From the NCBI RefSeq assembly GCF_000255295.1, contig NC_017030.1, forward strand, positions 6,102,328 through 6,166,327: a DNA stretch of 64,000 nucleotides. The letters run 5' to 3'. A program made the position numbers and the translations under genes. Positions within the stretch are counted from its first letter, which is position 1. Each line of letters opens with the position of its first letter. This DNA comes from Corallococcus coralloides DSM 2259 (GTDB lineage Bacteria; Myxococcota; Myxococcia; Myxococcales; Myxococcaceae). Under the pieces are notes generated by a model. It saw only the letters and a program-made list of their open reading frames with translations. It ran no database searches and had not been told where the DNA came from. Shown in pieces: positions 59,939-64,000 of this stretch.

Positions 59939-62077
59939 ATGCGGGAGTTCCTCCTCGAGTCCCGCGAGCACGTGCAGATCATCGAGGCGACGGTGCTGGA
60001 GCTGGAGGCGCAGCCGGGCTCGCAGCCATTGCTGGCGCAGCTGTTCCGGTCCCTGCACACCGTGAAGGGCACCTGCGGCTTCCTGGGCTTCAGCCGCCTG
60101 GAGGCGCTGATGCACGCCGCCGAGGAGATGCTCGGCCTGGCGCGCGACCGGCGCCTGGTGCTGGACCGCGAGCGCGTGTCCACGCTGCTGGCAGCGGCGG
60201 ACGCGGCGCGTGGCACGCTGGAGCACATCGAGGCGACGGGGCTGGAGCCCGCGGTGGACCACTCCGCGCTGCTCGCTCGCATGGCGGGCGCGGCGGTAGG
60301 CTCCGCGCCGCAGGAGGTGTCCGAGCCCCTGACGCCTCCGGGCGCCGTGCCCTGGCGCGGCGCCGCGACCGGGGTGGATTCCAAGCTGCGCGTGGACGTG
60401 GCGCTGCTGGACCGGTTGATGAACCTGATGGGCGAGCTGGTGCTGGCGCGCAACCGCATCCTCCAGTGCGCGGCCTCGCCCACGCCGGGCGCGGACCTGC
60501 TCACCGCGTCGCAGCGGCTGGATGTCGTCACCACGCAGGTCCAGCAGGTGGTGATGAAGACGCGGCTCCAGCCGGTGGGCCAGGTGTGGAACCGCTTTCC
60601 CCGGCTGGTGCGGGAGCTTGCGCACGGGTGCGGCAAGCAGGTGCGGCTGCAGCTGCAGGGCGCGGACACGGAGCTGGACAAGACGCTGGTGGAGGCGCTG
60701 CATGATCCGCTCACCCACCTCTTGCGCAACGCCGTGGACCACGGCGTGGAGACGCCCGAGCAGCGCGTTGCCGCGGGCAAGCCGCCCGTGGGGTGCCTGA
60801 CGCTGAGCGCGTCGCATGAAGGCGGGCTCGTGCACCTGGGCATGTCCGACGACGGCGCGGGCATCGACGTGCAGCGCGTGCGGCAGGTCGCGGTGCAGCG
60901 GGGCCTGCTCACGGCCGACCAGGCGGCGCGGATGCCGGACGCGGACGCGCTGATGCTCATCTTCATGCCGGGCTTCAGCACCGCGGAGCGCGTCACGTCG
61001 CTGTCCGGCCGGGGCGTGGGCATGGACGTGGTGCGCTCGCAGGTGGAGCGCATTGGCGGCACCGTGGAGGTGCACAGCCGGCCCGGTCAGGGCACGACGT
61101 TCACCCTGAAGATTCCCCTCACGCTGGCCATCATCCCGGCGCTGCTCGTCACCTGCCGGGGAGACCGCTACGCGCTGCCGCAGGCCTCCCTGCGGGAGGT
61201 GGTGTTCCTGGAGCCGGCCCAGGCGCGCAAGGACATCACCCGCATCCAGGGCGCGTGCGTCCTGCGGCTGCGCGGAGAGCTGCTGCCGCTGGTGGTGCTC
61301 GCCGCCGAGCTGGGCGTGGGGCCCGGTATGCCGGACCTGGACGAGGGCGCCACCGTCGTCGTGCTCCAGGCCGGTGAGCGCACCTTCGGGCTGTGGGTGG
61401 ACGCCATCCACGACACGGAGGAGATCGTCGTCAAGCCGCTGTGGAAGCACCTGAAGGGGCTGGCCTGCTACGCGGGGGCGACGGTGCTGGGCGACGGGCG
61501 CGTGGCGCTCATCCTGGACGCCATGGGCCTGGGCCGCCGCGTGGGCACCGCCACCGAGGCGCAGGCCCAGGTCGTCATTCCGGAGGCCGCGGCGGAAGCA
61601 CCAACCCCAGAGGAGCCTCGCGAGCGGGTGCTGCTGTGCCGCAATGGCGCGGAGGGCCGCATTGCCATTCCGCTGTCGCGCGTGGCCCGGCTGGAGGAGC
61701 TGCCCGCGTCGGACGTGGAGCGGATGAGCGGAGGCATGGAGATGGCGCGCTACCACGGGCAGCTGCTGCCGCTGGTGCACGTGGCCTCCGTGCTGGAGGC
61801 GAGGCCCCGCGCGACGGAGCGGATCACGCAACACCTCCAGGTCACCCTGGGTGAGTCGCTGTCCGTCGTCGTCACCCAGCACGCGGACACGCGTGTGGGG
61901 CTGGTGGTGGACGCCATCCTCGACGTCGCGGAGGTGGAGCTCGCGCTCCAGCGGGAGACGCGCCGCCCGGGAGTGCTGGGCTCCATGGTGGTGCAGGCCC
62001 GGGCCACCGAGTTCCTGGACGTGGAGGGCACCGTGCGCGCCGTGCACCCGGAGCTGCTGACAAGAGGTGCGCCATGA
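59939..62077 (+). CDS. cheA: Chemotaxis histidine kinase CheA
   Basis: Hpt/P1 domain with phospho-His (LFRSLHTVKGTCG), HATPase_c domain, and two C-terminal CheW-like domains. The start MREFLLE is internal to the ORF 59783..62077. Confidence 0.85.
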   Translation: MREFLLESREHVQIIEATVLELEAQPGSQPLLAQLFRSLHTVKGTCGFLGFSRLEALMHAAEEMLGLARDRRLVLDRERVSTLLAAADAARGTLEHIEATGLEPAVDHSALLARMAGAAVGSAPQEVSEPLTPPGAVPWRGAATGVDSKLRVDVALLDRLMNLMGELVLARNRILQCAASPTPGADLLTASQRLDVVTTQVQQVVMKTRLQPVGQVWNRFPRLVRELAHGCGKQVRLQLQGADTELDKTLVEALHDPLTHLLRNAVDHGVETPEQRVAAGKPPVGCLTLSASHEGGLVHLGMSDDGAGIDVQRVRQVAVQRGLLTADQAARMPDADALMLIFMPGFSTAERVTSLSGRGVGMDVVRSQVERIGGTVEVHSRPGQGTTFTLKIPLTLAIIPALLVTCRGDRYALPQASLREVVFLEPAQARKDITRIQGACVLRLRGELLPLVVLAAELGVGPGMPDLDEGATVVVLQAGERTFGLWVDAIHDTEEIVVKPLWKHLKGLACYAGATVLGDGRVALILDAMGLGRRVGTATEAQAQVVIPEAAAEAPTPEEPRERVLLCRNGAEGRIAIPLSRVARLEELPASDVERMSGGMEMARYHGQLLPLVHVASVLEARPRATERITQHLQVTLGESLSVVVTQHADTRVGLVVDAILDVAEVELALQRETRRPGVLGSMVVQARATEFLDVEGTVRAVHPELLTRGAP

Positions 62078-62562
62078 GCGGCTTCCGCCAGCTGTGCTCG
62101 TTCCAGGTGGGCGACCACCTGTTCGGCCTGGACATCGAACGCGTGCAGGAGATTCTGCTGCCGCCCCCGCTCACGCGCGTCCCCGGCGCGCCTCCGGAGG
62201 TGGCGGGGCTGCTCAACCTGCGCGGGCAGATCGTCCCCGCCATCGACCTGCGCCGCCGCCTGGACCTCCCTGAAGGCACCGCCCCCGCGGACGCGCCCCA
62301 CGTCGTCCTGCGCGGCGACGAGGGCGCGGTGAGCCTTCGCGTGGATGCCATTGGCGACATCCTCCCCTTCGAGCAGTCGGACCTGGAGCCGCTGCCGGAC
62401 AACCTGCGCGGGCCGCTGCGCTCGCTGCTGTTGGGTGTCCACGCGCTGCCGGACCGGCTGCTGCTCGTGTTGTCCGCGGACGCGGTGGTGGACGGGCTCT
62501 CGCCCGCGTCCAGCGCCTCCGCCTCCCCTTCCCTCCCCGTGCTTCCCCAGGAGTCCCGCTGA
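62074..62562 (+). CDS. cheW: Chemotaxis coupling protein CheW
   Basis: Single CheW domain of 162 aa. ATGA overlap with cheA. Confidence 0.8.
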   Translation: MSGFRQLCSFQVGDHLFGLDIERVQEILLPPPLTRVPGAPPEVAGLLNLRGQIVPAIDLRRRLDLPEGTAPADAPHVVLRGDEGAVSLRVDAIGDILPFEQSDLEPLPDNLRGPLRSLLLGVHALPDRLLLVLSADAVVDGLSPASSASASPSLPVLPQESR

Positions 62563-64000
62563 TGGCCCGCCCGACCGCGCCCGCCGTGAAAACCACCCTC
62601 TTCCAGCGCCTGGGCGGCAAGGCCCCACTGACGGCCGCCGTGCAGAAGCTCTACGCGCGGGTAACGACGGACGCGCTGCTCAAGCCCTACTTCCGCCGCG
62701 CGGACCTGGTCGAGATCCAGCGCCAGATGATCGCGTTCCTCACCCGGTACCTGGGCGGACCGGGTGTCTACAAGGGCCCTTCGATGCGCGACGTGCACGC
62801 GCGCCTGGCGCTCAAGCCCCATCACTTCGAGCGCGTCGCTGAACACCTGGCCACGGTGCTGGATGAAATGGATGTTTCGGGCCCCGTCGCCCGCGAGGTG
62901 CTGGCGGCCGTGGGCACGCCGCGGGGTGACAGCGTGAGCAGGCCCGTGGCGAAGGCCGCCTCGCGGACTGCCGCCGTGAAGCGCGCTCCGGCGCGGGCCT
63001 CCCGGACGGAGGGACGCCGGGTGGCCTCGGCGTCCGCGCCCGCGGCCCGGTCCTCGCGCCGCCGCGCGCCCACGCCTCTCGAAGGTGCCCTGAGCGAGGC
63101 GGTGCTGGACGCGGCGAGCGTCAACCTGTTCGTCCTGGACACGGACCTGGCCATCGTCTTCTCGAACGCGTCCTCCTTGGAGGCCATCGAGCGCATCCAC
63201 CAGGCGTCGGGCCTCCGCGACGGCGCGGGTGACGCGGGCAGCGACTTCCTCGCCCACTTCGAGCACCAGCTCCGGCTGGAGGAGGAGCGGCTGCTGGATC
63301 CCTCCGCGCTGCCGCACGAGGCCCACTTCGCGGTGGGCCCCACCCTTCTCAAGGCACGCATCGACGGCATCTCGGGCCGGGGCGGGGCGCTCACCGGCTA
63401 CGTGGTGACGTGGACGGACGTCACGGATCAGCAGCGCACGGACACGGAGCTGGCGCGCCTGAGGGCCATGATGGAGAACGCGCCCACCTGCGTGATGGTG
63501 GCCGACCTGGACCTGAAGATCGTCTACCTGAACCCCGCCTCGCGCCGGCTGTTGCAGCGCGTGGAGAAGCACCTGCCCGTCGCCGCGGACCGGGTGCTGG
63601 GCTCCCACATCGACGTCTTCCACCGGGACGTGACGTACCAGCGGAAGATCCTGTCCAACGACAAGAACCTGCCGGTGCGCGCGAACATCCCCATTGGCCC
63701 GGAGACCGCGGACCTGCTGGTGACGGCGGTGTACGACGGCCAGGGCCGCTACCTGGGCCCCATGGTGACCTGGGAGCTGATCACGGAGAAGCTCGCCGTG
63801 GAGCAGCGCGAGAAGGAGCTGGACACCACCCTGCGCGGCATCTTCCAGGAGGTGTCGCAGCACTCGCAGACGCTCGCCGCGTCGTCGCAGGAGCTGTCCA
63901 GCGTCAGCCAGCAGATGGTGAGCAACGCGCAGGAGACCGCGGCGCAGGCCACCCAGGTATCCGCCGGCGCCGAGCAGGTCAGCCGCAACGTGCAGAGCGT
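62562..64000 (+). CDS. Methyl-accepting chemotaxis protein with N-terminal truncated haemoglobin (2/2 Hb) domain and PAS domains; 3' end runs off the window
   Basis: My own translation from the ATG at 62562 (ATGA overlap with cheW) gives a trHb signature LFQRLGGKAPLTAAVQKLYARV...YLGGPGVYKGPSMRDVHARL (TyrB10, proximal His). PAS-like regions follow, then the MCP signalling-domain onset (QTLAASSQELSSVSQQMVSNAQETAAQATQVS). It is absent from the ORF track because it is truncated at the window end. Confidence 0.7.
   Translation, partial: MARPTAPAVKTTLFQRLGGKAPLTAAVQKLYARVTTDALLKPYFRRADLVEIQRQMIAFLTRYLGGPGVYKGPSMRDVHARLALKPHHFERVAEHLATVLDEMDVSGPVAREVLAAVGTPRGDSVSRPVAKAASRTAAVKRAPARASRTEGRRVASASAPAARSSRRRAPTPLEGALSEAVLDAASVNLFVLDTDLAIVFSNASSLEAIERIHQASGLRDGAGDAGSDFLAHFEHQLRLEEERLLDPSALPHEAHFAVGPTLLKARIDGISGRGGALTGYVVTWTDVTDQQRTDTELARLRAMMENAPTCVMVADLDLKIVYLNPASRRLLQRVEKHLPVAADRVLGSHIDVFHRDVTYQRKILSNDKNLPVRANIPIGPETADLLVTAVYDGQGRYLGPMVTWELITEKLAVEQREKELDTTLRGIFQEVSQHSQTLAASSQELSSVSQQMVSNAQETAAQATQVSAGAEQVSRNVQS

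Overview
This is a high-GC (about 70%) chromosomal window, mostly housekeeping and cell-envelope genes, almost gap-free and with many ATGA-type overlaps between adjacent genes. Gene content and order match the Myxococcus xanthus DK1622 neighbourhood around MXAN_4630-4660; that match is recalled from the literature, not looked up. Main content, left to right: an ABC-2 polysaccharide exporter pair (Wzm/Wzt-like) and two tandem tRNA-Gly(GCC) genes; pgsA, nadB, pyrE; the bactofilin cytoskeleton operon bacN-bacO-bacP-padC; an SgmT-like hybrid histidine kinase with a degenerate GGDEF domain; the tlyA-dxs-ispA-REC-xseB-xseA block. Next comes a Tad/Flp-like (Kil-like) module: two FHA proteins, TadC, TadB, CpaB, an Flp-type pilin and an ECF sigma/anti-sigma pair. 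After that: orphan OppD/OppF ATPases next to two MshEN-domain proteins; ExbB/ExbD; an acyl-CoA dehydrogenase with a split MaoC hydratase pair; an HD-GYP response regulator; a HEAT plus cyclophilin lipoprotein; MoxR-DUF58; an SNF2 helicase with an Smr protein; and a che cluster (PAS-LuxR regulator, CheA, CheW) ending in a partial MCP with an N-terminal truncated-haemoglobin domain. No CRISPR array, rRNA or mobile element was seen. Regulatory calls (promoters, terminators, palindromes) are read by eye from the sequence and are low-confidence. The points most worth a second look are: the Tad/Flp module with its internal tandem repeats; two genes whose conserved N-terminal domains start upstream of any ATG/GTG/TTG; a TTGGAC-N4-GTCCAA palindrome found upstream of both the PAS-LuxR gene and cheA; the haemoglobin-coupled MCP; and the cluster of c-di-GMP-related genes.
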